Assembly: GCA_963724135.1 (NCBI GenBank)
Contig: CAVRTA010000006.1
Coordinates: 1,301,857 to 1,365,856 of the forward strand
DNA from: an uncultured Solirubrobacteraceae bacterium
GTDB lineage: Bacteria > Actinomycetota > Thermoleophilia > Solirubrobacterales > Solirubrobacteraceae
Direction: 5' to 3'
Length of the DNA stretch: 64,000 nt
The translations under genes and the position numbers were made by a program. Shown piece after piece: positions 27,085 to 36,540 of this stretch. The notes beneath the pieces were generated by a model, which was not told the DNA's origin, made no database searches, and saw only the letters and a program-made list of their open reading frames with translations. Every line of letters begins with the position of its first letter. The stretch's first letter is position 1.

Positions 27085-27447
27085 GTGAGAGAGTCCGTGT
27101 TCAGTCGCACCCATTCCCTGATCTCCGGGCCGCGCGTGCGGCTGCGGCTCGCGCGGCCCTCCGACGCGGCGCGGGTCGAGTCCCTGCTGCGCGAGCGCGG
27201 CATGGACGACCAGGCGTTCGGCGTGCGGCGGCTGCTGTGCTACGACCCGATCCACCGTTCGGTGATCGCGGCGTTCGCGCCGCTCGACGGGACGGAGGCG
27301 CTGGTCGGCATCGGCGCGATCGACCACGAGGCTGGGTCGGAGGTCGACACGCTCGTCGTCGACGAGCGGCTCACGCTGGGCCTCGCGGAGCTGCTGGTGC
27401 GCTCGCTCTCCGAGCGCGCCGCCTCGCTGCGGCGCCGCGTCGCTTAG
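27085..27447 (+). CDS. hypothetical protein (possibly a degenerate GNAT-like fold)
   Basis: 120 aa with strong GC3 bias. RVRLRLARPSDAARVESLL resembles GNAT N-termini, but I saw no acetyl-CoA motif. Confidence 0.5.
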   Translation: MRESVFSRTHSLISGPRVRLRLARPSDAARVESLLRERGMDDQAFGVRRLLCYDPIHRSVIAAFAPLDGTEALVGIGAIDHEAGSEVDTLVVDERLTLGLAELLVRSLSERAASLRRRVA

Positions 27448-27457
27448 CTTTCTCAGG

Positions 27458-28762
27458 GTGACCGGACCGCAGCCGTTGTGGGCGAGCGTGCCCGCGCCCG
27501 CCCGCGCGGGCTACCTCCGGCGCGCGGCGCAGGCGCTGCTCGACGAGGTCGACGCGCTCGCCGAAGCGCTGGCGGCGGAGGCGCGCGTGCCTCGGACCGA
27601 GGCCTTGCTGGCGGAGTTGCTGCCGTCGATCGCCGGGCTGCACGAGCTCGGCGCGGACGGGCCGAAGGCACTCGCCGATCGCCGGCTCGGGCGTGCGGCG
27701 GTGCTGCGCGGCGGACGCCGCTCCCTGCTCTTCCATGCACCCATAGGGGTCGTCGGGGTCCAGAGCGGCGACGGCTCGCCCTGGGCGGAGCCGGTCCTCG
27801 AGTCCGGAGCTGCGCTGCTCGCCGGCAACGGCGTCGTCCTCGCCGGGCCGTACCCGGCTCTGCTGCAGCGCTTCGTGGCGGCCCTCGGACGCGCCGGGGT
27901 CCCCGACGGGCTTGTCGTGGTCGACGCCGACCTGAACGGCTGCGACAGCATCGTGGAGACCGGCGCGCCGGGCGCCAAGTCGACCATGCTCGTACTCGAC
28001 GGCGCGCCGCTCGACCGCATCGTCGCCGGTGCGCTGTGGGCGGCGTACGCGCGCGGCGGCCACGGCGTCGCCTCGCTCGGGCGCATCGTGACGGCGCCGG
28101 AGGCCCCGAGCGGGCTGATCGAGAGCCTGCGCGCGGGAACCGAACGCGTTCGCGTCGGCGATCCGCGCGATCCGGCCACCGAGGTCGGCCCGCTGGCCTC
28201 CCGGGAGGAGGCCGAGGCCGTGGAGGCCCTCGTGACGGACGCCGAGCGCGCCGGCGCGACGCGGCTGTGCGGGGGCATCGCCGAGGGGGCCACCTTCCGA
28301 CCGGCGCTGCTGCGCGCCGTCGCGCCTGACGCGCGCGTCCTGCACGAGCCCGTCCCGGGGCCGGTCCTGTCCGTCGTCGAGGCGCCGTCCGAGGCCGCCG
28401 CGATCGAGTTGTGCGCCGGGGCGCCCGCGGTGTCGGTGTGGGCCGGGGACCGTGCCCATGGTGAGCAGGTCGCGCGCACCCTCGGCGTCGCACTGACCTG
28501 GGTCAACGAGCACAGCGCCGCCGCCCCCGCAGCCCCGGTCCGTCTCGCCCGCCACACCGAGGCGCGCCAGCTCGCGAGCCGTTCGATCCGTCTGCGCTCG
28601 GCGCGGTGGCTCCCCTACGACCCGACGCTGGTGCGCGCCTCGCAGACGGCCGCGCGGATCCTGTATGGGCGCGAGTCCGAGCGCTGGCAGGTCGTGCGCC
28701 GCGGCGCCCCAGCGCTCGCCCGCGTAGCGGTCCGCATGACGCGCGAGACGCTCCGCCGCTGA
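27458..28762 (+). CDS. aldehyde-dehydrogenase-family protein apparently lacking the catalytic Glu/Cys
   Basis: There is ALDH-like architecture: [40 protein letters not shown]. Where ELGG and GQxC are expected by eye, the sequence reads LVLDGA and RGGHGVAS. Confidence 0.6.
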   Translation: MTGPQPLWASVPAPARAGYLRRAAQALLDEVDALAEALAAEARVPRTEALLAELLPSIAGLHELGADGPKALADRRLGRAAVLRGGRRSLLFHAPIGVVGVQSGDGSPWAEPVLESGAALLAGNGVVLAGPYPALLQRFVAALGRAGVPDGLVVVDADLNGCDSIVETGAPGAKSTMLVLDGAPLDRIVAGALWAAYARGGHGVASLGRIVTAPEAPSGLIESLRAGTERVRVGDPRDPATEVGPLASREEAEAVEALVTDAERAGATRLCGGIAEGATFRPALLRAVAPDARVLHEPVPGPVLSVVEAPSEAAAIELCAGAPAVSVWAGDRAHGEQVARTLGVALTWVNEHSAAAPAAPVRLARHTEARQLASRSIRLRSARWLPYDPTLVRASQTAARILYGRESERWQVVRRGAPALARVAVRMTRETLRR

Positions 28763-28799
28763 CCGCTTCACAAAAGGGTCCGTCCCTTTTGTGAAGCGG
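28763..28799. repeat. palindromic element copy C: CCGCTTCACAAAAGGG-TCCGT-CCCTTTTGTGAAGCGG
   Basis: A perfect 16-bp stem that begins 1 nt after the TGA at 28760-28762. The segment 28764-28797 is identical to 52368-52401. Confidence 0.85.
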
Positions 28800-28895
28800 A
28801 GATACCCTGGGGTTATGCCGGCACAGGCCTATGCGGGGAAGGATTGCGTCTGCCAGTACCGCCGCGGTATCTGCGACCAGACCTGCGTGCGCGAC

Positions 28896-29552
28896 ATGCT
28901 CGACACGCCGTTCTACATCGCCTGCCTGCGGCTGACGGGGCGGCGCTGCGTTGTCGTCGGCGGCGGTGAGATCGGGCTGGAGAAGGTGGAGGGCCTGCTG
29001 GCGTGCGGAGGCCGGGTCGTCCTGATCGCGCCCGATGCGATCGACGCGCTGCAGGAGCTCGCGGCCGAGGGTTCGATCGAGTGGGAGCGGCGCGAGTACC
29101 GGCCCGGCGACCTCGAGGGAACCTTCATCGCCATCGCCGCGACGAGCGACACAGACGTCAACATCCGCGTCTACGAGGACGCCGAGGAGCGGGCGATGCT
29201 CGTCAACGTCGTCGATGTGCCACCGCTCTGCAACTTCATCCTGCCCGCCATCGTGCGCACCGGACCGCTGGCGATCGCGATCTCGACCGCGGGCGCATCG
29301 CCCGCGCTGGCGAAGCGCATCAAGAGCGAGATCGCGGCCGCCTACGGCACCGAGCATGCGCGCCTGGCGGAGCTGCTCAACGAGGCGCGGGGCTGGGCGA
29401 AGGGCAACCTTCCCACCTACCAGGACCGCAAGGCCTTCTTCGAGGGGATCGTCAACGGCGACCCCGATCCGATCGCGCTGCTGCGCGCGGGCGACGAGCA
29501 GGGCGTGCTCGCGCTGATCGACGCCGCCCGCGCCACCGCCGCGCCCGCATAG
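28896..29552 (+). CDS. precorrin-2 dehydrogenase / sirohydrochlorin ferrochelatase (SirC/CysG N-terminal type)
   Basis: [31 protein letters not shown]; [32 protein letters not shown] 28896 was chosen inside ORF 28791..29552. Confidence 0.75.
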   Translation: MLDTPFYIACLRLTGRRCVVVGGGEIGLEKVEGLLACGGRVVLIAPDAIDALQELAAEGSIEWERREYRPGDLEGTFIAIAATSDTDVNIRVYEDAEERAMLVNVVDVPPLCNFILPAIVRTGPLAIAISTAGASPALAKRIKSEIAAAYGTEHARLAELLNEARGWAKGNLPTYQDRKAFFEGIVNGDPDPIALLRAGDEQGVLALIDAARATAAPA

Positions 29553-29563
29553 GCTCTCGCGGC

Positions 29564-30037
29564 GTGCAGGCCGCAGTTCTCACCGTTTCGACGTCGGTCT
29601 CCGCGCGGCGGTCGGAGGACCGCTCGGGACCGGCGCTCGCGGCGCGGGCCGAGGCGGCCGGCTGCGAGGTCGTGGCAATGGAGGTGGTACCGGACGACTT
29701 CTCGCTGATCGAGGACCGCCTGCACCACTACGTCGATGCAGCGGTCGACTTCATCTTCACCACGGGCGGGACCGGGCTGACGCCGGACGACATCACCCCG
29801 GAGGCGACGCGCGCGGTGATCCAGCGCTCCACGCCCGGCATCGTCGAGGCAATGCGCGCGGTGTCCCTCGAGCACACACCGATGGCGGTTCTGAGCCGGG
29901 CGACAGCGGGCATCAGCGGGCATACGCTGATCGTCAACTTCCCCGGGTCCCCGAAGGCGGTCGAGGAGTGCTTCGCGGTGCTCGAGCCGGTGCTCGAGCA
30001 CGCCGTGCGCACGATGCGCGGTGACTCCCGCCATTGA
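29564..30037 (+). CDS. moaB: MoaB/MogA-family molybdenum cofactor biosynthesis protein
   Basis: GTG 29564 lies inside ORF 29003..30037. AAVLTVSTS, FIFTTGGTGLTPDDITPEA and LIVNFPGSPKA are present. Confidence 0.8.
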   Translation: MQAAVLTVSTSVSARRSEDRSGPALAARAEAAGCEVVAMEVVPDDFSLIEDRLHHYVDAAVDFIFTTGGTGLTPDDITPEATRAVIQRSTPGIVEAMRAVSLEHTPMAVLSRATAGISGHTLIVNFPGSPKAVEECFAVLEPVLEHAVRTMRGDSRH

Positions 30038-30626
30038 GCTCGAAGCGGTCGGCCGGGCCTACGGCGACCGCGTCGTCTTCCGTGGCCTGTCGCTGACCGT
30101 CCCGGAGGGGACGACGCTCGCCGTCCTGGGCCCCAACGGAGCCGGCAAGACGACGCTGCTGCGGATGCTGGCGACGCTGCTGCGTCCGCACGCCGGGACG
30201 CTGCGGGTGCTCGGAGCCACGATTCCGCGCGACGGTCACCGCGTGCGGGGGCGGCTGGGCTTCGTGGCTCACGAGCCACTTCTCTACCGCGATCTGTCCG
30301 CCCGCGAGAACCTGCGCTTCCACGCGCGGCTTCACCGCGTGGGGTTCGAGCGCGTCGAGGCGCTGCTCGAACACGTGGCGCTGACGCTGCGCGCCGACGA
30401 GCCTCTGCGGACCTTCTCGCGCGGGATGGTGCAGCGCGTCGCGATCTGCCGCGCGGTGCTGCACGAGCCCGAGCTCCTCCTGCTCGACGAGCCCTACGCG
30501 AACCTCGACGCTCGCGCCGTCGAACTGGTCGAGCCGCTGCTCTCGCGCTCGCCCACGCGCGTGCTCGTGAGCCACGACGCGGCCGCGGCGCGCGCGGTAG
30601 CCGACGAGGTGCTGGAACTCGGATGA
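30021..30626 (+). CDS. ccmA: heme-exporter-type ABC ATPase (CcmA-like)
   Basis: GPNGAGKTTLLRMLA, FSRGMVQRVAICRA and LLLLDEP. It is followed by CcmB- and CcmC-like genes. Confidence 0.75.
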   Translation: MTPAIELEAVGRAYGDRVVFRGLSLTVPEGTTLAVLGPNGAGKTTLLRMLATLLRPHAGTLRVLGATIPRDGHRVRGRLGFVAHEPLLYRDLSARENLRFHARLHRVGFERVEALLEHVALTLRADEPLRTFSRGMVQRVAICRAVLHEPELLLLDEPYANLDARAVELVEPLLSRSPTRVLVSHDAAAARAVADEVLELG

Positions 30627-31297
30627 GGACGACGGTGACCGCCCTGCTGCGCAAGGACTTCCGCGCCGAGCTGCGCTCGTTCGAGGCCGTCCCGGCGATG
30701 CTGCTGTTCGTCGTCAGCGCGTTCGTGTTGTTCCACTTCGGGCTCGATCGCGAGTCGCTGGCGGGCGACCTCGCCTCGGGCGTGCTGTGGGTGACGCTCC
30801 TGCTCGCCGCGGTGCTGGGCATCAACCGCCTGTTCGTCACCGAGCGCGAGCAGGGCGGCTTTGACGCATTCCTGCTCGCGCCCGTCGATCGGACCGCGAT
30901 GCTCGTGGCCAAGGCGCTGACGCTGTTCGCGTTCCTGGCGGTCGTCGAGGTGGTGGCGCTCGCCGCGTTCGCAATCCTGCTGCTCGAGCCCGGCCTCGGC
31001 CAGGCGCTCCCGGAGCTCGCACTCGTCCTGGTGCTGGCCGACGCCGGACTCGCCGTCGTCGGCACGCTGGTCGGTGCGCTCGCGGTACAGACGCGGGCGC
31101 GCGACCTGATCGGCCCGTTGCTGGCACTGCCGCTGTCGGTGCCGCTGCTGATCGCGGGCGCGAGCGCCACCGCGCCGCTGCTGCAGCGGGGAGGTGCAGA
31201 GCCGCTGTCAGGCCACTGGCTGACCGTGCTCGGGCTCTACGATCTGGTGTTCGCCCTGCTCGCCTGGGCGGTGTTCGACTACCTCCTGGAGGACTGA
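30623..31297 (+). CDS. ccmB: heme exporter protein B (CcmB-like)
   Basis: 224 aa polytopic membrane protein containing LRKDFRAELRS.., FVTEREQGGFDAFLLAP. It has an ATGA overlap with ccmA. Confidence 0.75.
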   Translation: MRTTVTALLRKDFRAELRSFEAVPAMLLFVVSAFVLFHFGLDRESLAGDLASGVLWVTLLLAAVLGINRLFVTEREQGGFDAFLLAPVDRTAMLVAKALTLFAFLAVVEVVALAAFAILLLEPGLGQALPELALVLVLADAGLAVVGTLVGALAVQTRARDLIGPLLALPLSVPLLIAGASATAPLLQRGGAEPLSGHWLTVLGLYDLVFALLAWAVFDYLLED

Positions 31298-31340
31298 CAT
31301 CTTCGGTCGCGGCCTCAAGCTCTTCGCCATCGCCTCCGCC

Positions 31341-32027
31341 GTGCTGCTCGTGACGGCGTTCGCGCTGGCGTTCTTCTGGGCGCCCAACGACGCCGACCAG
31401 GGCTTCATCCAGAAGATCTTCTATCTGCACGTCCCGCTCGCGATCACCGCTTTGATCGGGTTCGTCGTCGGCGGGATCTACGGAATCCGCTACCTGCGGT
31501 CCGGCGATCGCAGCCACGATCTGCGCTCCTACGTCTCGATCCACATGGCGCTGATCTTCGGCGTCGCTGCGCTCGTCACCGGGTCGATCTGGGCAAAGGC
31601 GTCCTGGGGATACTGGTGGCTGTGGGAGGAGCCGACGCTGGTTTCCTTCTTGATCGTCTTCCTGCTCTACGCCTGCTACCAGCCGCTGCGCTTCTCGATC
31701 GAGGACCCCGAGCGCCAGGCGCGCTACGCGGCCGTGTTCTCGATCGTCGGCGGCGTCTTCGTGCCGCTGAACTTCACCGCGGTGCGGTCCGCCTCGCAGG
31801 ACATTCACCCCCGCACTCTCAGCCACGCCGACAGCCTGCCGTTCGAGGTCGCGTTCACGTTCCTGATCGCACTGATCGGGATGGCGACGCTGTTCGTTGC
31901 GCTGTGCAAGTTCGAGCTCGTGCAGAAGGCCACGCGCATGCGGCTGAAGTCGCTCAAGCGCCGCCTCGCCGGCGAGGACACGTTCACGTTCGGGCGCGGC
32001 CGGTCCGCCGCGCCTCAGGAGGTCTGA
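31341..32027 (+). CDS. ccmC: heme exporter protein C (CcmC-like)
   Basis: IFYLHVP and the Trp-rich motif WGYWWLWEEP, with a distal His in DIHPRT. The first canonical start is GTG 31341, but the in-frame upstream codons (from ATC 31299) encode IFGRGLKLFAIASA, which would complete TM1, so the N-terminus is uncertain. Confidence 0.75.
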   Translation: MLLVTAFALAFFWAPNDADQGFIQKIFYLHVPLAITALIGFVVGGIYGIRYLRSGDRSHDLRSYVSIHMALIFGVAALVTGSIWAKASWGYWWLWEEPTLVSFLIVFLLYACYQPLRFSIEDPERQARYAAVFSIVGGVFVPLNFTAVRSASQDIHPRTLSHADSLPFEVAFTFLIALIGMATLFVALCKFELVQKATRMRLKSLKRRLAGEDTFTFGRGRSAAPQEV

Positions 32028-32028
32028 G

Positions 32029-32190
32029 TTGCCCGCGCTGCCGCTCGACGAGGCGGGCAAGTACGTCGCCGCGGCATACCTGGTCTTCCTCGCGCTGATC
32101 CTGATCTACGTCGCGATCATGGCCGTGCGGCTGGCGAACGTGCAGCGGGAACTGGCAGAGCTCGCGGAGGTGATCGAGAGCCGTGAGTGA
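32029..32190 (+). CDS. ccmD: small single-TM protein, CcmD-like (not in the ORF track; under 60 aa)
   Basis: TTG 32029 lies 6 nt after AGGAGG (32017-32022). The 53-aa product is LPALPLDEAGKYVAAAYLVFLALILIYVAIMAVRLANVQRELAELAEVIESRE. Its position after ccmC and its TM-plus-charged-tail layout fit CcmD. It overlaps the hemA start by 8 nt. Confidence 0.5.
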   Translation: MPALPLDEAGKYVAAAYLVFLALILIYVAIMAVRLANVQRELAELAEVIESRE

Positions 32191-33487
32191 GCTCCTGCTG
32201 CTCGGTATGTCGCACAAGACCGCGCCGGTCGCCCTGCGCGAGCGCATCGCACTGACCGAGCGCGGCATGGAGACGCTGCTGGCCGAGGTCACCGCCGTGT
32301 CCGACGTGCAGGAGGCCGTCGTGCTGTCGACCTGCAACCGCACCGAGATCTACCTGGTCGTCGGCGACCCGGTCGAGGCCGAGAGCGCGGTCGTCGCCCA
32401 GCTCGCGCGCCGCGCCGGGCTGCGCCCGACCGAGCTGCTCGAGGGGGTCTACTCCTCCAACAACTGCGATACCGCCCGCCACCTCTATCGCGTCGCCTCC
32501 GGTCTGGAGTCGATGGTCGTCGGCGAGGCCGAGGTGCAGGGCCAGGTCAAGCGCGCCTACGAGCTCGCGCGGGCCCGCGGCACGACCGGGACGCTGACGA
32601 ACAGGCTCTTCCAGGCCGCGCTGGCCACCGGCAAGCGCGTGCGCACGGAGACCGGGATCGGGGAAGGGCGCCAGTCGGTCGCCTCGGTGGCGGTCGATCT
32701 CGCCTACGACGCCCTTGGCGTCCTAGACGACCGTGACGTGCTGATCATCGGCGCCGGTGAGACGGCCGAGCTGACCGCGGAGGCGCTGCACGCGCGCGGT
32801 GCCGCCACGCTGTTCGTGGCCAATCGCCGGCGCGAGCGGGCCGAGATGCTCGCGCACCGCTTTGACGGGTCGACGCTGAGCTTCGACGAGCTGCCGAGCG
32901 CGCTGCTGGACGCCGACATCGTCGTCGCCTCGACGTCCTCCCCGCACGCTCTGATCGAGGCCGAGGTCCTCGCCGACGTGATGACCGAGCGCAACGGGCG
33001 GCCGCTGCTGCTGATCGACCTCGCCGTGCCGCGCGACATCGAGGCCGCGTGCGGCGGCCTGCCCGGCGTCACGCTGGCCAACGTCGACGACCTGCGTGCC
33101 GTGGTGGAGCGCCACGCGTCCGTGCGCGCATCGGAGTCGACGCGCGCGGAGGCGATCGTCGAGGAGGAGATCGCAACCTTCGCCAGCTGGCTCGGATCGC
33201 TCGAGGTGATGCCCACGCTCGCCGCGCTGCGCCGCCACGCGGACGCGATCGTCGCCGGAGTGCTCGAGGAGAACGACACGCGCTGGGAGGCACTCTCCGA
33301 GCGCGATCGCGAGCGCGTTGAGGCCGTCGCGCGGGCGGTCGCGCAGCGGCTGCTGCACGAGCCGACGCTGCGCGTCAAGCAGGCCGACGGCGGCGCCCGC
33401 CACGCGCGCATGCACGTCCTGCGCGAGCTGTTCGGCCTGATCGACGAGGCCGACGAGCTCACCGGCGTCGAGACCCCGAGACATTGA
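32183..33487 (+). CDS. hemA: glutamyl-tRNA reductase
   Basis: LLLLGMSHKTAPVALRE, VLSTCNRTEIY, GLESMVVGEAEVQGQVK and IIGAGETAEL are present. Confidence 0.95.
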   Translation: MSELLLLGMSHKTAPVALRERIALTERGMETLLAEVTAVSDVQEAVVLSTCNRTEIYLVVGDPVEAESAVVAQLARRAGLRPTELLEGVYSSNNCDTARHLYRVASGLESMVVGEAEVQGQVKRAYELARARGTTGTLTNRLFQAALATGKRVRTETGIGEGRQSVASVAVDLAYDALGVLDDRDVLIIGAGETAELTAEALHARGAATLFVANRRRERAEMLAHRFDGSTLSFDELPSALLDADIVVASTSSPHALIEAEVLADVMTERNGRPLLLIDLAVPRDIEAACGGLPGVTLANVDDLRAVVERHASVRASESTRAEAIVEEEIATFASWLGSLEVMPTLAALRRHADAIVAGVLEENDTRWEALSERDRERVEAVARAVAQRLLHEPTLRVKQADGGARHARMHVLRELFGLIDEADELTGVETPRH

Positions 33488-34314
33488 GGATCGGCACGCG
33501 CGCGAGCCCGCTCGCGCTCGCGCAGGCCGGCTGGGTGGCGGAGCGCATCGGCGGGGAGCTCGTTCCGCTCACCACCTCCGGCGACCATGCTTCACATGCT
33601 TCACAAAAGGGACGGGCCCCTTTGTGTAATGACAAGTCTCGCTGGGTCGACACGATCGAGGCCGCGCTGGTCGCCGGTGACATCGATCTGGCCGTGCATT
33701 CGGCCAAGGACGTGCCGGGTGAGCTCGCCGCGGGGACGGAGATCGTGGCGGTGCCGCCGCGCGAGGATCCGCGTGACGTGCTGATCGGGAGCGTGCCGGG
33801 CCGCGTGGGGACGTCGTCGCTGCGCCGCGCGGCGCAGTTGCGGGCGTGGCGGCTGGACGTCGAGGTGGTCGAGCTGCGCGGCAACGTCGACACGCGGCTG
33901 CGCAAATGGCGCGACGGCGAGGTCGACGCGGTCGTGCTCGCGCGTGCCGGGCTGCGGCGGCTGGGACGGGACGAGGACGGGGCGGTGCTCGACGGGACGG
34001 TGTTCGTGCCGGCGGCGGGGCAGGGAGCGCTGGCCCTGCAGGCGCGCGCCTCCGACGACGTCGTTCGCGCCGCGGTCGCCCCGATCGCGGACGAGCGGGC
34101 GCTCGCGTGCCTGCTGGCCGAGCGGGCGGCGACGCGCGTGCTGGGCGCGTCCTGCCACACACCGATCGGCGTGCACGCGGACGGGCGCCGGATGCGCGGC
34201 TTCGTCGGCGCCGTCGACGGCTCCGCCTGGGTGCTGGACGAGATGGAGGGGCTCGACGGCGCCGAGCTGGCGCGCCGGATGCTGGCGGCCGGTGCCGGGG
34301 AGCTGCTCGGGTGA
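33484..34314 (+). CDS. hemC: hydroxymethylbilane synthase (porphobilinogen deaminase) carrying an embedded palindromic element
   Basis: (TTG)RIGTRASPLALAQA, DLAVHSAKDVP, GNVDTRLRK and SCHTPIGVHA (cofactor Cys region). TTGA overlap with hemA and GTGA overlap with the next gene. Confidence 0.9.
   Translation: MRIGTRASPLALAQAGWVAERIGGELVPLTTSGDHASHASQKGRAPLCNDKSRWVDTIEAALVAGDIDLAVHSAKDVPGELAAGTEIVAVPPREDPRDVLIGSVPGRVGTSSLRRAAQLRAWRLDVEVVELRGNVDTRLRKWRDGEVDAVVLARAGLRRLGRDEDGAVLDGTVFVPAAGQGALALQARASDDVVRAAVAPIADERALACLLAERAATRVLGASCHTPIGVHADGRRMRGFVGAVDGSAWVLDEMEGLDGAELARRMLAAGAGELLG
33587..33630. repeat. palindromic element copy D inside hemC: (ATGCTTCAC)x2 followed by AAAAGGGACGGGCCCCTTTGTGTAAT
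   Basis: The left arm GCTTCACAAAAGGG is identical to that of copies C and F. The right arm is degenerate. The 9-bp unit ATGCTTCAC is tandemly duplicated (33587-33595 and 33596-33604). In frame, the element translates as ..GD HASHASQKGRAPLCN DKSRWV... Confidence 0.75.
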
Positions 34315-35726
34315 CGGTCTACCTCGTCGGGGCGGGTCCTGGGGATCCGGGGCTGGTGACGTTGCGCGCTCGCGAGCTGCTCGAGCGCGCGGACGTCGTC
34401 CTCTACGACCTGCTCGTCGGCCCCGAGATCCTGGCCTGGGCGCGTGACGGCGCGGAACTGATCTTCGTCGGCAAGCGAGGCGGCGGCGAGCAGGTGCCGC
34501 AGTCCGAGACCAACCGGCTGCTCGTCGAGCACGGGCGCGCCGGCAGCACGGTGGTGCGGCTGAAGGGCGGCGACCCGTTCGTGTTCGGGCGCGGCAGCGA
34601 GGAGGCGCAGCTGCTGCGCGCCGAGGGGATCGGCTACGAGGTCGTGCCCGGCGTCACCTCGGGTATCGCCGCGCCGGCGTACGCGGGCGTCCCGGTCACC
34701 CATCGCGACATCGCGGCGGGGGTCGCCTTCGTCACCGGAAGCCGTGCCGAGCTGGACTGGGAAGCCCTCGCGCGGTTCCCGGGGACGCTCGTCTTCTACA
34801 TGGGCATCCGCACGCTCCCGCGGATCACCGAGGGGCTGATGCGGGGCGGCCGCGCCGCCGACGAGCCCGTGGCCATCGTCGAGCGCGGCACGATGGCCGG
34901 TCAGCGCACCGTGCACGCGACGCTCGCGACCGCCGCCGAAGCGGACGTCAGCGCGCCCGCCGTGATCGTGGTGGGGCCCGTTGCTGCGCTGGGCGAGGAG
35001 CTCTCATGGCGCGAGCTGCGGCCGTTGCACGGCGTGCGGATTGCGGTGACCCGCGCCCGTGCGCAGGCGTCGGCGCTCGCGAAGCGGCTGCGTGAGCTGG
35101 GCGCCGAGGTCGTGGAGGCCCCGGCCATCCGAACGGTCTCGCTCGACGCCCGGCTGCCGCCACTGGACGGATATGACCTGTTGATCGTCTCGTCACCGAA
35201 TGGGGCGAGCGAGCTGTTCGCCTCGCTCGTCGCCGGCGGGCGCGACGGTCGCGCGCTCGCCGGTCTGCGGGTCGCGGCGATGGGACCGGGTACGGCGCGT
35301 GCCCTGCGCGAGCGCGGGATCGTCGCCGACATCGTGCCCGAGCGCGCCGTCGCCGAGGGAATGGTCGAGGCGCTCGCGGAAGTCCCGCTCGAGCGCGTTC
35401 TGCTGGCACGGGCGAAGGAGGGGCGCGACGTCCTGCCGGACGCACTGCGGGCCCGGGGCGTGGAGGTCGACGTCGTCGCGCTGTACGAGACGATCGCCGA
35501 GCCGGTCGATCCGGCGCTGATCGCCGACGTCGACTGGATCACCTTCACGTCGGCCTCGACGGTTCGCTACCTCGGCGACATCGCAACCGGCCCGCGCCTG
35601 GCCTCGATCGGCCCGGCGACGAGCGACGCGCTGCGCGAGCTCGGCCGCGAGCCCGACGTCGAGGCGAACCCCCACACCCCCGACGGCCTCATCGACGCGC
35701 TCTGTGTCGCTCAGCGCTTGAAATAG
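34311..35726 (+). CDS. cobA: uroporphyrinogen-III C-methyltransferase / uroporphyrinogen-III synthase fusion
   Basis: GTG 34311 lies inside ORF 33846..35726. The N-terminal half has VYLVGAGPGDPGLVT, LKGGDPFVFGRG and VPGVTSG. The C-terminal half is HemD-like (RIAVTRA.., ..ITFTSASTV). Confidence 0.85.
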   Translation: MTVYLVGAGPGDPGLVTLRARELLERADVVLYDLLVGPEILAWARDGAELIFVGKRGGGEQVPQSETNRLLVEHGRAGSTVVRLKGGDPFVFGRGSEEAQLLRAEGIGYEVVPGVTSGIAAPAYAGVPVTHRDIAAGVAFVTGSRAELDWEALARFPGTLVFYMGIRTLPRITEGLMRGGRAADEPVAIVERGTMAGQRTVHATLATAAEADVSAPAVIVVGPVAALGEELSWRELRPLHGVRIAVTRARAQASALAKRLRELGAEVVEAPAIRTVSLDARLPPLDGYDLLIVSSPNGASELFASLVAGGRDGRALAGLRVAAMGPGTARALRERGIVADIVPERAVAEGMVEALAEVPLERVLLARAKEGRDVLPDALRARGVEVDVVALYETIAEPVDPALIADVDWITFTSASTVRYLGDIATGPRLASIGPATSDALRELGREPDVEANPHTPDGLIDALCVAQRLK

Positions 35727-35745
35727 CAAGACTTAGGCGACTCAG

Positions 35746-36540
35746 ATGACTCGACCGATCACGTTTCTCAGCGACTACGGCCTCAGCGACGAGTTCGTCG
35801 GCGTCGTCCATGGCGTGATCGCGAAGCTGTGCCCGGACGCGCGCGTCATCGACATCGCGCACGGGATCCCTCGCCATGACGCGCGCGCCGGCGCGCTGGC
35901 GCTCGAGCGGGCGCTGCCATACACGCCCCCCGGCGTGCACCTCGCCGTCGTCGACCCCGAGGTCGGTGCGCGGCGGCGCGCCGTGGCGATCAGGACGGCC
36001 GACGAGGACCGGCTCATGGTGGGGCCGGACAACGGCCTGCTGGTTCCCGCCGCGAACCGCTTCGGCGGCATCGTCGAGGCGATCGAGATCTCGAGCTCGC
36101 CGTGGCGGCTCGAGCCCGTCTCCGCCACGTTCCACGGGCGCGACGTCTTCGCTCCGGTGGCGGCGCGCCTCGCCGCGGGCGAGGCGCTGGCCGATGCGGG
36201 CGATCCCGTCGAGCCCGACGACCTGATCACGCTCTCGATGCCGGAGCCCGAGATCGGCGCCGGAGAGATCCTCGCCCACGTCCGCGCGCGCGATGCCTTC
36301 GGCAACCTGCTGCTCGACGTCGCCCACGACCAGCTCGCGCAGACCGGCCTGCGCCTCGGCCGCACCGTCAGGATCGAGGAGCGCGAGGCCACCTTCGCCC
36401 GCACCTTCGCGGACGTGCCGGAGGGCGAGCTGCTCGTCTACGAGGACGCGAGCCGCCACCTGGCGATCGCGGTCAGCGGGGGCGACGCGGCGGGGGAGCT
36501 GGGCCTCGAGCCGGGCGACGCCGTGCGGCTCACAGCCTGA
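35746..36540 (+). CDS. SAM hydrolase / SAM-dependent halogenase family protein (DUF62)
   Basis: ITFLSDYGLSDEFVGVVHGVI, VVDPEVG and FHGRDVFAPVAA are present. Confidence 0.8.
   Translation: MTRPITFLSDYGLSDEFVGVVHGVIAKLCPDARVIDIAHGIPRHDARAGALALERALPYTPPGVHLAVVDPEVGARRRAVAIRTADEDRLMVGPDNGLLVPAANRFGGIVEAIEISSSPWRLEPVSATFHGRDVFAPVAARLAAGEALADAGDPVEPDDLITLSMPEPEIGAGEILAHVRARDAFGNLLLDVAHDQLAQTGLRLGRTVRIEEREATFARTFADVPEGELLVYEDASRHLAIAVSGGDAAGELGLEPGDAVRLTA

Noticed and set aside
27165-27182. The tRNA-like T-arm sequence GGGTCGAGTCCC.
   Set aside because: It lies inside a GC3-biased CDS, and no acceptor, D or anticodon arms can be drawn around it.
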